DNA of 64,000 nucleotides. It comes from Candidatus Eiseniibacteriota bacterium. Its GTDB lineage: Bacteria > Eisenbacteria > RBG-16-71-46. The notes beneath the pieces are model-generated. The model was given only the letters and a program-made list of their open reading frames with translations. It was not told where the DNA came from and made no database searches. Positions 50,539 to 62,189 of the stretch are shown here, one piece after another; position 1 is the stretch's first letter, and every line of letters starts with the position of its first letter. Made by a program: the position numbers and the translations under genes. Location of the stretch: positions 56,819 to 120,818 of the forward strand of contig CAVQXP010000003.1 of the NCBI GenBank assembly GCA_963717935.1, given 5' to 3'.

Positions 50539-52089
50539 TTAACGCACCAAAAGTTCAGGGCCAAACCAGTCAACCAATATATGACGGTAATTCTCCGATT
50601 TACGGGTCTGCAAGTGTTCAAGCGGATTAAGATTATCAGTCAGAACAATGCCGTTGCCGGCATCTAACTCGAATTTCCGTTTTAGTAACCAATCGGCTTG
50701 CTCAACATTGAGTGTCTTTGAGGCCAGATCAACCGGCTGACTGCCGGCGAGAAAAATAAAATCGCTGAAATCTTCTCCCGGTTCAGAAATAAACAAGGAT
50801 TGATTGGAAAATACCTGAGAAATGGTTTTAGAAACAGAAGCCAAAGCCCTTTGTCCTTCACCCTGACCAAACGCGACAAAATTAAGCGCCAAAATACCTT
50901 CCGGCGCCAACAAGCCTTGTAATTGTTGTAATGTTTCTACCGTCAGCAAGTGTGAGGGTTCCGAACCGCCGGTGAAACAATCGTGAATAATCAAATCATA
51001 CGGACCTGTCAAATGCCGTATTTCATAACGGGCATCGCCAACAATGGCTTTCCCGTTGGGCTTAAAGCCAAAATGAGTGGTTGCGGCTTCAGCCACGGCG
51101 GGATCAATCTCCAAGGTATCAGTCACAATGCCATAACGGTCACGAAGTGTCATGGCCATGTGTCCTGCGCCCTGACCAATTAGCAAGGCTTTTTTAATGG
51201 AGGGTTTAATCGCCGGAATCAAGGCTACGATATCCTGATAAATTAATCTGTTGACGCCATCGGGAATATTGGCGGCTCCAATCATCGAAGCATCTGCAGT
51301 AAGCATTCGTAAATTGCGCTTATGGTCGTCTATAACCCGGACATAACCATACAAACTTTCACGTTCCGAAAGCACACTAAAGCGACCGCTGGGGTCAACA
51401 TGACCGGCACCGACAATTATAGGCAGCAAACACAAGCCAACAAGAGCCAAAACCATACAAGGAAAAACTGCAATGGTTCTGGCAAAATGCTTTTGTTCAT
51501 AAAGGGCAACGACAAAAGCCAGTAACAAAAGCACCAAACCCAAACTCACCAAAATTTGCCGGGAGCCTACCCACGGAAACAAAAAGAAGCCTAATAAAAG
51601 TGTGCCTATCACACTACCAACGGTACTAACCGCGTAAATAGACCCCGAACTGGTACCAATGCCTTCCAGTCTTGCAGTTGCCAGTTTTATCGCAAAAGGA
51701 CTCACCATGCCTAGCATTGTCAAGCTGGGAAAAAACAAAATTAATGAACTGACAAACGCCCCTCCGCGTAAACCCAACGGGTCGGTCGCCAATAATACCG
51801 GGCGGGTAGCCAAGGGAATCAACAAGGTAAACAGGGCAGCTAAAGCAATAATGAGCGATAATCCGGTTCGTTTCGCACGATCAGCCCAACGGCCGCCAAC
51901 AAAATAACCAATTGCCAGGGCGATCATGGTGACTGAAATCAAGGAAGACCATACATAAAGGCTGGCACCGTAAAACGGCGCTATCAACCGTGTGCCCAAG
52001 AGCTCTATAACCATCACCGAAGCGCCGGTCAAAAATACGATGAAATAAAGCCAGGCTGTACCTTGGCCCTTTGTGGAATTGTCAGTCAT
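50539..52089 (-). CDS. Fused MFS-like membrane domain / spermidine synthase-like methyltransferase
   Basis: MVIELLGTR.IAPFYG; IGQGAG, EIDPAV, GDAR, LTDNLNP. Confidence 0.88.
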   Translation of the reverse strand: MTDNSTKGQGTAWLYFIVFLTGASVMVIELLGTRLIAPFYGASLYVWSSLISVTMIALAIGYFVGGRWADRAKRTGLSLIIALAALFTLLIPLATRPVLLATDPLGLRGGAFVSSLILFFPSLTMLGMVSPFAIKLATARLEGIGTSSGSIYAVSTVGSVIGTLLLGFFLFPWVGSRQILVSLGLVLLLLAFVVALYEQKHFARTIAVFPCMVLALVGLCLLPIIVGAGHVDPSGRFSVLSERESLYGYVRVIDDHKRNLRMLTADASMIGAANIPDGVNRLIYQDIVALIPAIKPSIKKALLIGQGAGHMAMTLRDRYGIVTDTLEIDPAVAEAATTHFGFKPNGKAIVGDARYEIRHLTGPYDLIIHDCFTGGSEPSHLLTVETLQQLQGLLAPEGILALNFVAFGQGEGQRALASVSKTISQVFSNQSLFISEPGEDFSDFIFLAGSQPVDLASKTLNVEQADWLLKRKFELDAGNGIVLTDNLNPLEHLQTRKSENYRHILVDWFGPELLVR

Positions 52090-52139
52090 TTATCAAATTA
52101 CCTGCTTATTATTAATATGTAGTGTTGGATTATGACCAA

Positions 52140-52551
52140 CTATTCGTTGCAATACTCTTCGCCACTGGGTGCCTGGGGAACTTTGGCGATATAGGCTTTC
52201 ACCGCTTGTTGTTGCTCTGCCATCGTTGGTTTGATATATCTTTCGGGTGAACGCTCGGCGCTTTTTAAACACCCTTCACAACAAAAATAAACAGTTCGGC
52301 CAAAATATTTAGCCTTAAGATTTTTTTGTGGTTACCTTTTCGCCAGTGACCGGGCAAGTAACAATTCCATCGCCTCTGCCTTCAAAGGTGGGCGAAAACT
52401 TCAAAGCCTGATTTTTCGGTTTGCTGTTAACCAATTCTTTTAAAGGATCCGGACTAGCCACTGCCGCTGCGGGAAAGCTGCAAAACAAACAGGCCAACAC
52501 AAAACCGCCTAACCCTATAAAATGTCTCACTGGCTGTTTTCTTTGCATCAC
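52140..52551 (-). CDS. Exported YHS-domain protein; +1 frameshift in T8 run at 52321-52328
   Basis: Signal peptide, CPVTGE, then YFGRTVYFCCEGC...PERY in the next frame. Confidence 0.75.
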
Positions 52552-52628
52552 TATAATCTCGCTAATGCCGCTGACAAATCGTCCGCAGATTTAAAACTGG
52601 ATTTCGTATCGTTTGTGTTTCTCGTGAG

Positions 52629-53621
52629 CTAACAAACCCGGGCGCCATCAGCCCAGGGAATCGCTTGCGACTTGGGTTTTGGTTTTAATGAGCCGCCAAT
52701 TTCACCCTGCACATCCACCCACAGGCTAGGCAAGCCCAAATCATTCAGCCAGTCGGTTCCCTGCTCTTCTTTAAGCATGGCAATGGTAGAAGCGCTGCCT
52801 GCCACCACACAAAAATCACCCACCACGCTCACAGCCGCAAGATACCGAACCGGCCAACCTGTTTTTGGATTTAATACATGCCCGTAGCGCACGCCATTGA
52901 CAGTAATGCAGCGCTCATAATCACCGCTGCTTGCCAAAGCGCCTTCATACAATAACAAGGTATCCAATATCGCGGTTTTGTCACGCGGATGCCTGATACC
53001 TACCCGCCAGGGGCTGCCATCACCGCGAGGCCCGATTACTTTAATATCGCCGCCCAGATTAACGACGCCATGCTTTATACCTTGTGCATAACATAAGGCA
53101 GCAGCCCGATCCACAGCATATTCCTTGACCACGCCGCCAAAATCAATCTCCATGCCCGGAACAGAAAAGGCCAGAACCGGTCGTTCCCAGGTTACTTTAT
53201 GCCAGCCAACCTTGTCCAATAACTCATCTATCAACGACTGTTCAGGCAGCTTGCCTTGATCGAATTTCCAGGCACGACGCAACAGGCCGGAAGTAATGTC
53301 AAACAAGCCATCACTTTGCTCGTAACAAGCCACTGCATAATCCAGCAGACTGGCGGTTTCGTCGTCAACACGGATACTGCCGCCAACAGCGGCCACGCGA
53401 TTAATTTCGGATAAAAAACTGTCGGATTTATAGCGCGAATACAGCGCCTCTAATCTTTGCACATCGGCAATGGCGGCATCAGCGGCTTTTCCGGCTTTCG
53501 CCTTGGTGCGGGCAAATAGCTGGATGTCGCAAGTGGTGCCCATCGCCTTGAATTCACGCCGATAGTACTTCAGATTATTATCTTGCATCATGTCTTTTAG
53601 AATTGAATAACCTTTAATCAA
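52629..53621 (-). CDS. apbE: FAD:protein FMN transferase
   Basis: AMGT, SRY..DS, FDIT, DFGGVVKEYAVD, NLGGD, SSGDYER, HVLNPKTG. Confidence 0.92.
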   Translation of the reverse strand: MIKGYSILKDMMQDNNLKYYRREFKAMGTTCDIQLFARTKAKAGKAADAAIADVQRLEALYSRYKSDSFLSEINRVAAVGGSIRVDDETASLLDYAVACYEQSDGLFDITSGLLRRAWKFDQGKLPEQSLIDELLDKVGWHKVTWERPVLAFSVPGMEIDFGGVVKEYAVDRAAALCYAQGIKHGVVNLGGDIKVIGPRGDGSPWRVGIRHPRDKTAILDTLLLYEGALASSGDYERCITVNGVRYGHVLNPKTGWPVRYLAAVSVVGDFCVVAGSASTIAMLKEEQGTDWLNDLGLPSLWVDVQGEIGGSLKPKPKSQAIPWADGARVC

Positions 53622-53654
53622 GCCGAAAAACTAACCATGCTAGCCGCTAATATT

Positions 53655-56600
53655 CTAAAACGCAACACTCCAGGTAGCTGACAGGCTGCCATCACGCTGT
53701 AACTGGTAACCATTGACATTATCCTGAACGGGCTGCAACCATTCCACACTGACGCGGTTACCGGCCCAATCGCCTGAGGGCACCATCGCGCTGAGGCCAA
53801 AGCCGATATCCCAATAATTGCCGCCGTAGTTGGCAGGATAATCCACGGGCCCAAATTGATTGATAAGAGCCGTTATATTGACCTTTAATAGCGCCCTGTG
53901 CGGTGTAGAGGCCCCGTAGCGAACCGGCCAGCCAGTTAGTGAAATTATAACTGCCCCAGGCCGTGGTCTGGAACAGGTCACCCAGGGCATAGCCGGATTG
54001 GTTCCTGTTTTCCATACGGACGGTACCGCTGGTCTGCGCGCCCCAGGAAAATTGCTGCCATTGCCCGGTATAAGTCAGGCTGGGTTTAAAATCCCAGGTG
54101 CCGCTGCCAAGCTGCATGCCGTAATCCATATACCCGCCTTCAACCGATGGTTACGGTTTAGCTTAAGATCGACAGCGCCGGTCGGGGCGCTGAATCCGGT
54201 AGTGACATGCACATGGTGGGTGCCGTTATCATACAGTTTAAACAGCGCATACATGCCCAGATCGCCAATGCCGCCGCTTTGATGGCCGTTTTGGAGATGA
54301 TGGGTCAACATCCCTATGTTAAGCGGATACCATCAGGACCAGGGATTGCCAATTATTATTGCGATCCTTTCCCCGGAGCACCCACTAAAGCGTCCATCGT
54401 CATACTCATACTGACAAACTGCGGCATTAACATTAAGGTCAGCCAATCTGTAGGGGCGTACATCAAATCCAGCATGTGCATATTCATGCTCATATTGCCG
54501 GCTTTACTATAGCAGGGGTTCGGGCCGCAACCATTGGCAATAATGGCTGCATCATCGACCTTGCGGGTATTGTGCAGGGTATCGCCGCTCTGACTCCCGT
54601 ACATATAGCGGTAACCTAACATCATGTCGCCGGCTTTGGGCAACATGTGATCAAACATAACCCCGGCCGGCGCGTGGACGCCGTGGTGGTGGTGTTCATG
54701 ACCCGCATGGCCATTATCCCCGGTGCTACGGGCCAGCGACAATGCTTCCATATTCACTTTCAGCGCGGCATTGACATTCCAGGAATCAAAATTATTAAAA
54801 TTATTGGCATTATCACCGCCTATCTGCAAGGAAGCCTGATGGGTGTAATATTCAAAGCCGGTCTCAAGGGATAAGCCTTTGGCAAACTTTTTGCTGATCG
54901 TGACGCCGCCGCTTAAGGCGCCAAAACCCGCCAAACGCTGATCGCTGGAATAATTGGCCGGTAGCTTGGCAGGATCAAAGGGGGTGGTTAGCATTTTAGC
55001 AATCAAGTTGTTGCCAATATTGGGATCGCGCACAACATTTCCGTTTGCATCAACCACTGCAAGGCCTGTGTTCGGATTTACAGCCAACGGATTCCCTGAT
55101 TCGTCCGTATAAAGTTGAATATCCATTGGCATCAACAACAGGTTCGCCCGTAACAGGGTCAAAAAGTGGGACAGCAACAATATTTGGATCATCAAAAAAC
55201 AATTGGCCACTATCGTTGGTATAGGTCTGCCCCCTGACAGGGTCCATGACACTGGTTGACGTGCTATAAGGTTGAGTACTCACCAGATAAGGGGTGTAAA
55301 AATTGGCGGTATTTTGGGAGTAATAACGGATTCTGGGCGTTACTGTCCAACCATTGCCCACCGGTTGTGCCCAGTCAGCTTCAAAGGTATGCCCCTGAAT
55401 ACCCCAGTCATCCGACGAAAAATGGTAATCGAAATGTAGCGCGGCATCTATTGGGTTAATAAATTGCACATAACGCCCACCCACATTAAATTGATTGCGT
55501 TCATTTGGCCGTTTTTCCAACAGGGCTTTAAGTTCGCCGGTAAAAACGTTGGGCGGGTTAAACTCTTGCAGCGCAGGATCGACAAAAAGCACATTCACCG
55601 CTTTATAGGGATTAGCCAAATACCCGGTACTGCGGGTAAAGCTGATATCCCCGCTGACGAGCGCATCCTTGTTAACAATCTGGGTTATGCCAAAATTAGT
55701 CCCCCAGTCCTGGCGGTTACCGTAGAGTATGTTCGCGCTTAGCCCTGTCATCATTTATTTTAAGCTGTCCATTATCTTTATAGGCCGTGCTGTCAATATA
55801 AGGTTCCGAATCATGGTTCAATACCGCATGGGTATTGCTGTTGGTGTAACTTAAACCCAGGTTCAGCGTGGTGTGCTTCTGATTAAAGTTCCAAAGCCCG
55901 CCAATATTACCAAAGCGCGACTCATAATCGCGTTCCGAAGAAATGCCGGCGCCTGCACTTATTGCAGCCTGATCCCATTCATAAGCCAGTTTAAAATCCC
56001 CTTGATTGCGGACTTCGGGTGAAGCGGAGACAAGTATGTCGGTCAACTGGTTGTTTGGTTGGTAAACAAAAGTACTAAAGTCGGGATTGGCTGAAATTTA
56101 GTCACAAGTGGATTTCCCTGTCCGTCCACAGCGATTAGCCCCACATCGGTTTGTCCATTTAACCAAGGCGTTGCGCCCGCGACAGTCTGGTCAACTTGTG
56201 ATATAAGCTCACGATTGACACCCCAGGCAGCGGGGGCCGATGAAACGGGTGTAGCGCCACCCCAGGTATCCTGTAGATAATTAAAAGCGAATTTTACCCG
56301 GTCGGTTAAGGCTATTTTGGCGCTGCCATGAAGACTATCAACCTCAATTGGATTCAAGCCATTCTTCAGTCTTGACACAGAATTGAACCCGGTCTCCGGA
56401 TTGGTAGACCAAGCCGTATATATCCCGCTTCGTTTCCTGATAATGGCCATACTGAAAGTCCACCTCGTCGCCTTCTGCGGCATGAACCGGGGTCGCCAGC
56501 AGGCCGGGCAGTAACAGTGCGGCGCTGGTCAGCGCCTGTAAAGAGGGGCATTCAGTTTTTGCAAGGAAGCGCTTAAGACGGGTAGGTCTCGGTGAGGCGC

Positions 56601-56787
56601 GGCCTGCAAGCTGAAAAGACTGATTGAGGCCATTGGCAGGATTCTTATGAATATAGCCAAGGTGCTCTGGACGGACGGTATTGTCCTGATCCCGTCCATG
56701 ACCAGCTTGACAAGTCGCAGACGGAATCAACTTGTTCATGACAGCTTGAACATAACGATTTTTTGATTGCTTTTTAATTACAGCCAC
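53655..56787 (-). CDS. Large DUF3570-type outer membrane protein fused to a His-rich linker and a second beta-barrel; many frameshifts
   Basis: LQALTSAALLLPGL, S.ERDYES, STGYLANPYK, EKRP, DDWGI, PRIRYYSQ, SSDQRLAGFG; then HEHHHHGVHAPAGVMFDHM, GIGD, MQLGSGTWD, C-terminal F. Confidence 0.7.
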
Positions 56788-57022
56788 AACCGCCTCCCTG
56801 CGCTGCGTTACTGCCCGACCCCGCCTCGCGGCTACCATAGTTATGCGCACGAAACCCGCTTTGCAAAGGATAAGCATCCGAAGCCATCTGCGGCTTGGCA
56901 AGCGTGCCACGCTCCCAGGGTTTTACTGTCGCGCAGCCGCTAAGGCATAGTCCCAGGCTTATCCCGGTCAGTATCGATGATTTGAACAAATAGTTTTTCA
57001 CAGTTATTCCCAATTTAAGCAA
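56774..57022 (-). CDS. DUF4266 lipoprotein
   Basis: LSGC lipobox, VKPWERGTLA, SRE, C-terminal GGGCGCN. Confidence 0.9.
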   Translation of the reverse strand: MLKLGITVKNYLFKSSILTGISLGLCLSGCATVKPWERGTLAKPQMASDAYPLQSGFRAHNYGSREAGSGSNAAQGGGCGCN

Positions 57023-57100
57023 ACAGCGTGCTTTTAAAGTGTAGAGACCTCCGATTTAAGGGAGCGCGAATCGAGGATGCCGGAATGCCTTACCATCCAC

Positions 57101-57631
57101 CTACTTTGCCGCCAACAAACTTTCCACCAAGGCACGCAACTCCTTGGCGTCTCCAGGCCGAAAGCCCAGATGCACATGATGAACAATGCCCTTACGGTCA
57201 ATCAGATAGGAAGACGGCATGGCTTTTACGTCAAAATCGGTGGCGCATTGCTTGCTGACATCCGCCACCACCGTAAAACTGGCCGGAATTTTAGCCAGAA
57301 AGGCCTTGGCATCCTCCGGGTTTTCATCCAGATTGATGCCGACTATCTGTAACCCCTTATCTTTAAGTTGCTCGTGCATTTCATTCAGAAACGGAAAGGA
57401 TTGAGCGCAAGGCCCGCACCAGGAAGCCCAGAAATCGACATACAAGACCTGGCCTTTGTATCGCTGTAAATCTTCTGTTTGGGTTGAGCCGATAGGCGAC
57501 ACCTTGCAGGCCGGCATAGGGCTTCCTGCCTCTGCCGCAAAAACAATCGAATTGACACAAAAAACCGCCAGAGCCAGACCTGTTTTTAAAAAATTTTGGT
57601 ACCTCAAGTTACGCATTAATTTATTTTCCAT
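57101..57631 (-). CDS. TlpA-family disulfide reductase
   Basis: YVDFWASWCGPC, MPSSYLIDRKG. Confidence 0.92.
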   Translation of the reverse strand: MENKLMRNLRYQNFLKTGLALAVFCVNSIVFAAEAGSPMPACKVSPIGSTQTEDLQRYKGQVLYVDFWASWCGPCAQSFPFLNEMHEQLKDKGLQIVGINLDENPEDAKAFLAKIPASFTVVADVSKQCATDFDVKAMPSSYLIDRKGIVHHVHLGFRPGDAKELRALVESLLAAK

Positions 57632-57684
57632 CAGTTAGCGGGTAGCTGTTTCGTCTAAGGAACCAGCTCGAATTAACTTGAACC

Positions 57685-57726
57685 TCTTACTCCCTCTCCC
57701 TCCGGGAGAGGGTTGGGGAGAGGGGG
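57685..57726. repeat. REP-like CCCTCTCCC/GGGAGAGGG palindromic repeat
   Basis: TCTTACT-CCCTCTCCC-TCC-GGGAGAGGG-TTGGGGAGAGGGGG. Confidence 0.75.
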
Positions 57727-57787
57727 ATATCGTATTCAGGTTATTTCATGCCTGTGCCTAATAATGGGTAATTGATATTGTCAATTT

Positions 57788-57890
57788 GTAACTATTCAGT
57801 CCCCCTCTTTGAAAAAGAGGGGTTAGGGGAGATTTTATTAGATAAATCCCCCTCAATCCCCCTTTTCCAAAGGGGGAGGTGAATACTTAC
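57788..57890. repeat. MITE/REP-like palindromic element, copy 2
   Basis: Terminal inverted repeats GTAACTATTCA / TGAATACTTAC; matches 45871-45972. Confidence 0.88.
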
Positions 57891-57947
57891 ATCAATTTAA
57901 ACAATAACCCCAGTGTTTTAAATAAAAAACCGGGCCGATCCAGGTAT

Positions 57948-58856
57948 TTAGGGCGCATTCTTTTTCCCTTGGGTTAGTTCTTCAAGTTTTACCGCCGCCA
58001 GGCTCCGCACGGATTCATCGCTATCATTAATAGCCTGTTGCAGCAAAGCAACATCATCGGTAATGCCATCGACCGCCATCATCCTGACATCGGTCGACTT
58101 ATCATGCATCGCTTCTTGGATGGCTGCCGCTGCTCCGCTGCCTTCGCGGTGCGCCAAAGTCGAAATAGCCTGCGCCCTGACATTGTCATCCTTATCGGTC
58201 AGCGCTTGCTCCAGGGCGGCTTTTACAGCCGGATCGCCTTTTCTGCCACCGGCCAGCAACGCGCCAAGGGCTTCTGCCCGCTCTGCCGGAATTTTTGATT
58301 GTGCCGATTTCAGCAGACTGTCAGTTTGATCAGGCTCGCCATTGGCATCGTTTTCATTCAAATCAAGTGTCAGCGAAGCTTTCCCGTCTGCTCCCCCTCC
58401 CGGACAATCCGCACGGGCAATGGAACCGTCAAGCCTGGAACCCAAAATCCAGGCTTCAGCCACTTGCCCCTGGCTGGCTGCATTGCCGGGGCTACGCTGA
58501 TAACGGACGATTAAATCCGCTTTTCTATCCAGCAGACATTCCAAAACCTGCTTTAACGTGGAGCCGACACAAGTGGCCGTTACCAAACCTTCAGGAAGAA
58601 CCGAATAATGAATCGGTACACTGGTTTTATGGACAATATTCTCCAGCACTTGTGCCAGTGGCATTTGCCTGACTTCCAGTTGCATTTCAGTGCCTTTGTC
58701 TGCACCGATAAGGAGATTGGTCTGCGCTTTTTCAGGGATCATAGCCGGTGCTTTAACAGGCGTTTGGGCAACCGCTATTCCTGTAAATACTGTGAGGAGA
58801 ATGATCAACCACTGCAATGAAAACATATGGAATGATTTTGTATAATCTAAACGCAT
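57948..58856 (-). CDS. Exported HEAT-repeat protein
   Basis: Signal peptide; ALTDKDDNVRAQAI, AMHDKSTDVR, AINDSDESVR repeats. Confidence 0.8.
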   Translation of the reverse strand: MRLDYTKSFHMFSLQWLIILLTVFTGIAVAQTPVKAPAMIPEKAQTNLLIGADKGTEMQLEVRQMPLAQVLENIVHKTSVPIHYSVLPEGLVTATCVGSTLKQVLECLLDRKADLIVRYQRSPGNAASQGQVAEAWILGSRLDGSIARADCPGGGADGKASLTLDLNENDANGEPDQTDSLLKSAQSKIPAERAEALGALLAGGRKGDPAVKAALEQALTDKDDNVRAQAISTLAHREGSGAAAAIQEAMHDKSTDVRMMAVDGITDDVALLQQAINDSDESVRSLAAVKLEELTQGKKNAP

Positions 58857-58865
58857 AGAGTCTGA

Positions 58866-59495
58866 CTAACCTGCCTCAGGCCGACCAACAGGATCCAGAA
58901 CTTTGTAGGCTCCCTTTGTTGTCAAGCGCACTGTAATAGCTTGATCGGTTTTGTTGTCCCAATGCCAGCCGAAATGCCCGGTAAAAGGAATAATAAAAAA
59001 ACCATTGGCTTTATTGCCGGTCATTTTGGCGAAGAGCTTGGAATTGGCGTCTTTGGCGTCAGTGTGTTCGCCGCGAAATTCTGCGTAAACCGGTTTTCCG
59101 TCTGTGCTCCAGGAATATTCCAGGTCATAATCCCTTTCCATTGTTAACCGGTAGCTGAGCTGTTGTTTGGGCGGAATCACCAGAGTCACCGTTTCCTGGT
59201 GTTCTGTCATGATGTCACCGGCATGATTTTCGGCGCTAGTCACACTTTGGCTGCCCTTGTTTTCAGCCACTTTGACATCCCTGTTAACGTTAGCCGCTGT
59301 AAAATAACTCGATAAGTTTGACAAGCCGATGTTATCCAACTGTTTCGCCAGCCGCATTGAATCAATCTCAAGACGGACGGGCAAGAGGCCGGAAAACAGC
59401 ATTAATACCGTTATTACCACCAAACCCATGCTTATAAGAACCCGGCTTTTTAGCGCTTTATTGTTCGAAGTTTCAGTTTTGTCGTTTTTGTACAT
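58866..59495 (-). CDS. Membrane-anchored hypothetical protein
   Basis: N-terminal TM; LEYSW.TDG, PFTGHFGWHW.N C-terminal beta domain. Confidence 0.7.
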   Translation of the reverse strand: MYKNDKTETSNNKALKSRVLISMGLVVITVLMLFSGLLPVRLEIDSMRLAKQLDNIGLSNLSSYFTAANVNRDVKVAENKGSQSVTSAENHAGDIMTEHQETVTLVIPPKQQLSYRLTMERDYDLEYSWSTDGKPVYAEFRGEHTDAKDANSKLFAKMTGNKANGFFIIPFTGHFGWHWDNKTDQAITVRLTTKGAYKVLDPVGRPEAG

Positions 59496-59516
59496 GGTTT
59501 AGCGCTACACGAAGCG

Positions 59517-59546
59517 GATAGGCCGGGTTTACCAACCCGGCCTATC
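59517..59546 (-). terminator. Hairpin downstream of the 59619 gene
   Basis: GATAGGCCGGGTT-TACC-AACCCGGCCTATC perfect stem. Confidence 0.55.
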
Positions 59547-59618
59547 GTACTCAAAAGACAGCGCAGGTCTATCTCATTGACCGGCGTTGCCAGGGTTAAT
59601 AAACCTAAAACCAAATGC

Positions 59619-60072
59619 TTATTGGTTTTGCGTCAAAACCCAAGTGGTACCGGTATGAACACCTGTGGAAGTTTGGCAATGGAACTGAGCGATATAAGTC
59701 TCAATGCCTACCACTGTTGATGCGGCTTTATTGACTTTTACCGTATAAGCGCCGGCTCCACCTGCCAAAGTTACACCCGGCTGTAATTGGTATCGCCATC
59801 GATAGTATCTGTACTAAGCGCCGTTGAAGCCGCGCCTTTTGTCGCCTGAGTGCTAACCAACGGGGCTTTAACAGGTGCCAAATCTTTTACTTGCACAAAA
59901 AGCTTTGCAGGAGCGCCGCTGCCATCGTTAGAGCAAGTCACCGAATAGCACATCAGTTCTCGCCACACCTGACGTCGCAATACCCACAGCGCCGGATTGC
60001 TGTATGCGCAGACGCAAGTCCTGCATAGCCCGCTGCAATCATCAAACTTGCAGCCATTATTTTCTTTTTCAT
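59619..60072 (-). CDS. Secreted protein with mature N-terminal His; several frameshifts
   Basis: MKKKIMAASLMIAAGYAGLASA|H; VTCSNDGSG; FHCQTSTGVHTGT...QNQ*; GAGG RBS. Confidence 0.7.
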
Positions 60073-60501
60073 TTTTATATCCTCATGTCGTTAGCAAGCT
60101 AACGGAAACATTTTTTAAATTGCCGTGACTTTATCCACCCGTCGACGGCATGGGCAAGCGAAAAACACTCTCGTTTTCCCGGTTAATCCGGCATTTATCA
60201 CCCGCTTTAGCAGCCAGGATAATGCCAGTCATTGACTCCAATTCCTGGAGCCAATCTTGGATGAGGTATAAAACCAGGCTTTACGCCTTTTATATACCCC
60301 CCCTCGATGGAAATGGTTTTTTTAAAATAGCCTCATTTTATTAATAAGTAAATATTTTAAAAATCCCGTTTGACAAGATGTCATAAACAGAAAATTCCAG
60401 GGCAATCCGCCTTGCACGGATCACCCTGGAACGGAAGGGTTAGTTCTGTTAGTTACAGAGCGTAAGATCGGTATTGGCCAACCAGAACCAAACCGGCAGA
60501 C

Positions 60502-61423
60502 TTAGAGTTTATTGTTGCCTTTGGTAAACGGACGGGTATTGGGGCCAGTCAGGTAAGAATCAAACGCAACACCCAGCAGGTTCAACAGTCACATCAACCA
60601 AGGCACCACCTGGGCAACCAGCGACGCTGGCATTTGTGTTAGTTAACAGTCATCGTAGTCCAGAAAGTTTCTTGCAGCAGATCGGCATCGCGATATAAGT
60701 TGCTGCCACCGTAAGGCGCAGTAAACCACCAGTCAGCGCGGTTGTTGTCGCCATTACCGGCAGGCAGTGTTACGAAGAAAGGGCGCGCCCTTCACGTTAA
60801 TTTGAACGCCACCGGTACCCTCAAGATCCGCGATCATTGGGATTTTTTTGCCAAAAGCATCCTTTAGGCTGTTTGTAAGGACCTGCGATATCAGTGTTCT
60901 CATTCTTGTCCACATCACAGTAATTGATCACACCGATGCGGATTTTCAGGCTTTTCACACAATGATTGGCGATGGTGGGCGCTGACACCTTGAACGGTGT
61001 AACGGCATTCAGTTTAGGCTCCAACGCGCCATCTTTATAAACAAGCGCCTGTACAGTACCAAAACCGTCCACGATTTCCTCGGTTGTGGTAAAAGGCGAT
61101 GAATAGCCCGCCAAGCCGGCCACAGCCAATTGAAGGTCAGGGGCGCTAATGGTGCCATTACCGTTACCGCCTTGCGCTAACAAAGTGCCGTCCGCCTTTT
61201 TCCATACCGCTGTCGCGCCGTTGGGGAACAGGGCCGATTGACCAAGTACCGGATAGGCATCGCCGCTGTCGCCGCCGCAACCATGGCCGATAGTGAAGCC
61301 GTTGTAGCTGGCAGTACCTTCGACGGCAATATCTCTAACGCCGGTATGGGCAAAAGCCTGGCCGGTAGCAAACAAGGCTACCACTGAACAAAGTGCGAAT
61401 CCTTTCAATTTTGTATTGATCAT
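60502..61423 (-). CDS. Secreted YcnI-like putative copper-binding protein; frameshifts in the 3' part, end uncertain
   Basis: AFA|HTGVRD...YNGFTIGHGC; later frames give NNRADWWF and VTVEP. Confidence 0.65.
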
Positions 61424-61511
61424 AAATAATTCTCCTGAGGACATGAAAATTTTTGTTATAAAGCACAAAGGGTTAAGCAGGACGCATAAAACGTCTTACT
61501 CAAATACGTAA

Positions 61512-61527
61512 TGCAATGCCTGTGCCA
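61512..61527 (-). promoter_or_regulatory. sigma54 -24/-12 promoter
   Basis: TGGCAC-AGGCA-TTGCA, about 90 bp upstream of ATG 61423. Confidence 0.8.
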
Positions 61528-61842
61528 TGAGCAATTAAAAGAAGAAAATACTCGTTTATGCCGGATAAATAAAAATTGTGGTGGGGCTTAAGCAGATCTT
61601 GACGATTTAAAAAAACTGAGTGAATTGATAGGTAAATGATAAATAAATAAACATTGTATTTTTAAACCCAAAACATCAATTTTGCTTTTTGTGGTTTTCA
61701 ATGCATAAAAAAACACTCGCTTGCTAAAATGCTGTCAGGAAATCTTCCCTGTTTTTGATATAAAAGCAAAAAGTGTGTGATATAACGCATTTTTTAATTT
61801 TTTTGCTGCCTCTGCAGCCCTTGCGAGACGTGGCCTGCAAAA

Positions 61843-61888
61843 AAAAGTGTGTGATATCACACAGTAGTGTGTGATATCACACACTTTT
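61843..61888. promoter_or_regulatory. Tandem palindromic binding sites (putative enhancer)
   Basis: Two TGTGTGATATCACACA palindromes 20 bp apart; degenerate third copy near 61769-61789. Confidence 0.7.
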
Positions 61889-62189
61889 ATAAATCAAAAA
61901 TCACTTTTATTGGGGCACGCTTGCCCAAAAAATAAATCGGCAAAAAATAGCGTGCACGAGGTGTTAGCTTGCAATAAATACCAGGGCTCACTGTTGGTTT
62001 GGGTTGGCGATAGCAAGTCGTAGTCCAACCCAACCTTGATCTTTCGTGAAGTGGTCGCTCAACGTGGCCTGCGAACAGCCAGGTCTTGCGCATTTTTGAA
62101 TATTCTCAATCCGAGACTCTCGGCCAAAGGGAAGGGGGTACAAAGACCTCAACCGAGAACCGTGACGGGGCTATTGTGTGTCGAAGCGA

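Noticed and set aside
53655..56787. DUF3570 region as eight separate genes or a programmed-frameshift locus
   Set aside because: The fragments are colinear parts of one protein, and similar indels occur throughout the window
61940..62185. Possible riboswitch or sRNA (GGGTTGG/CCAACCC stem)
   Set aside because: Only one short hairpin and no recognisable aptamer consensus; would need an Rfam scan
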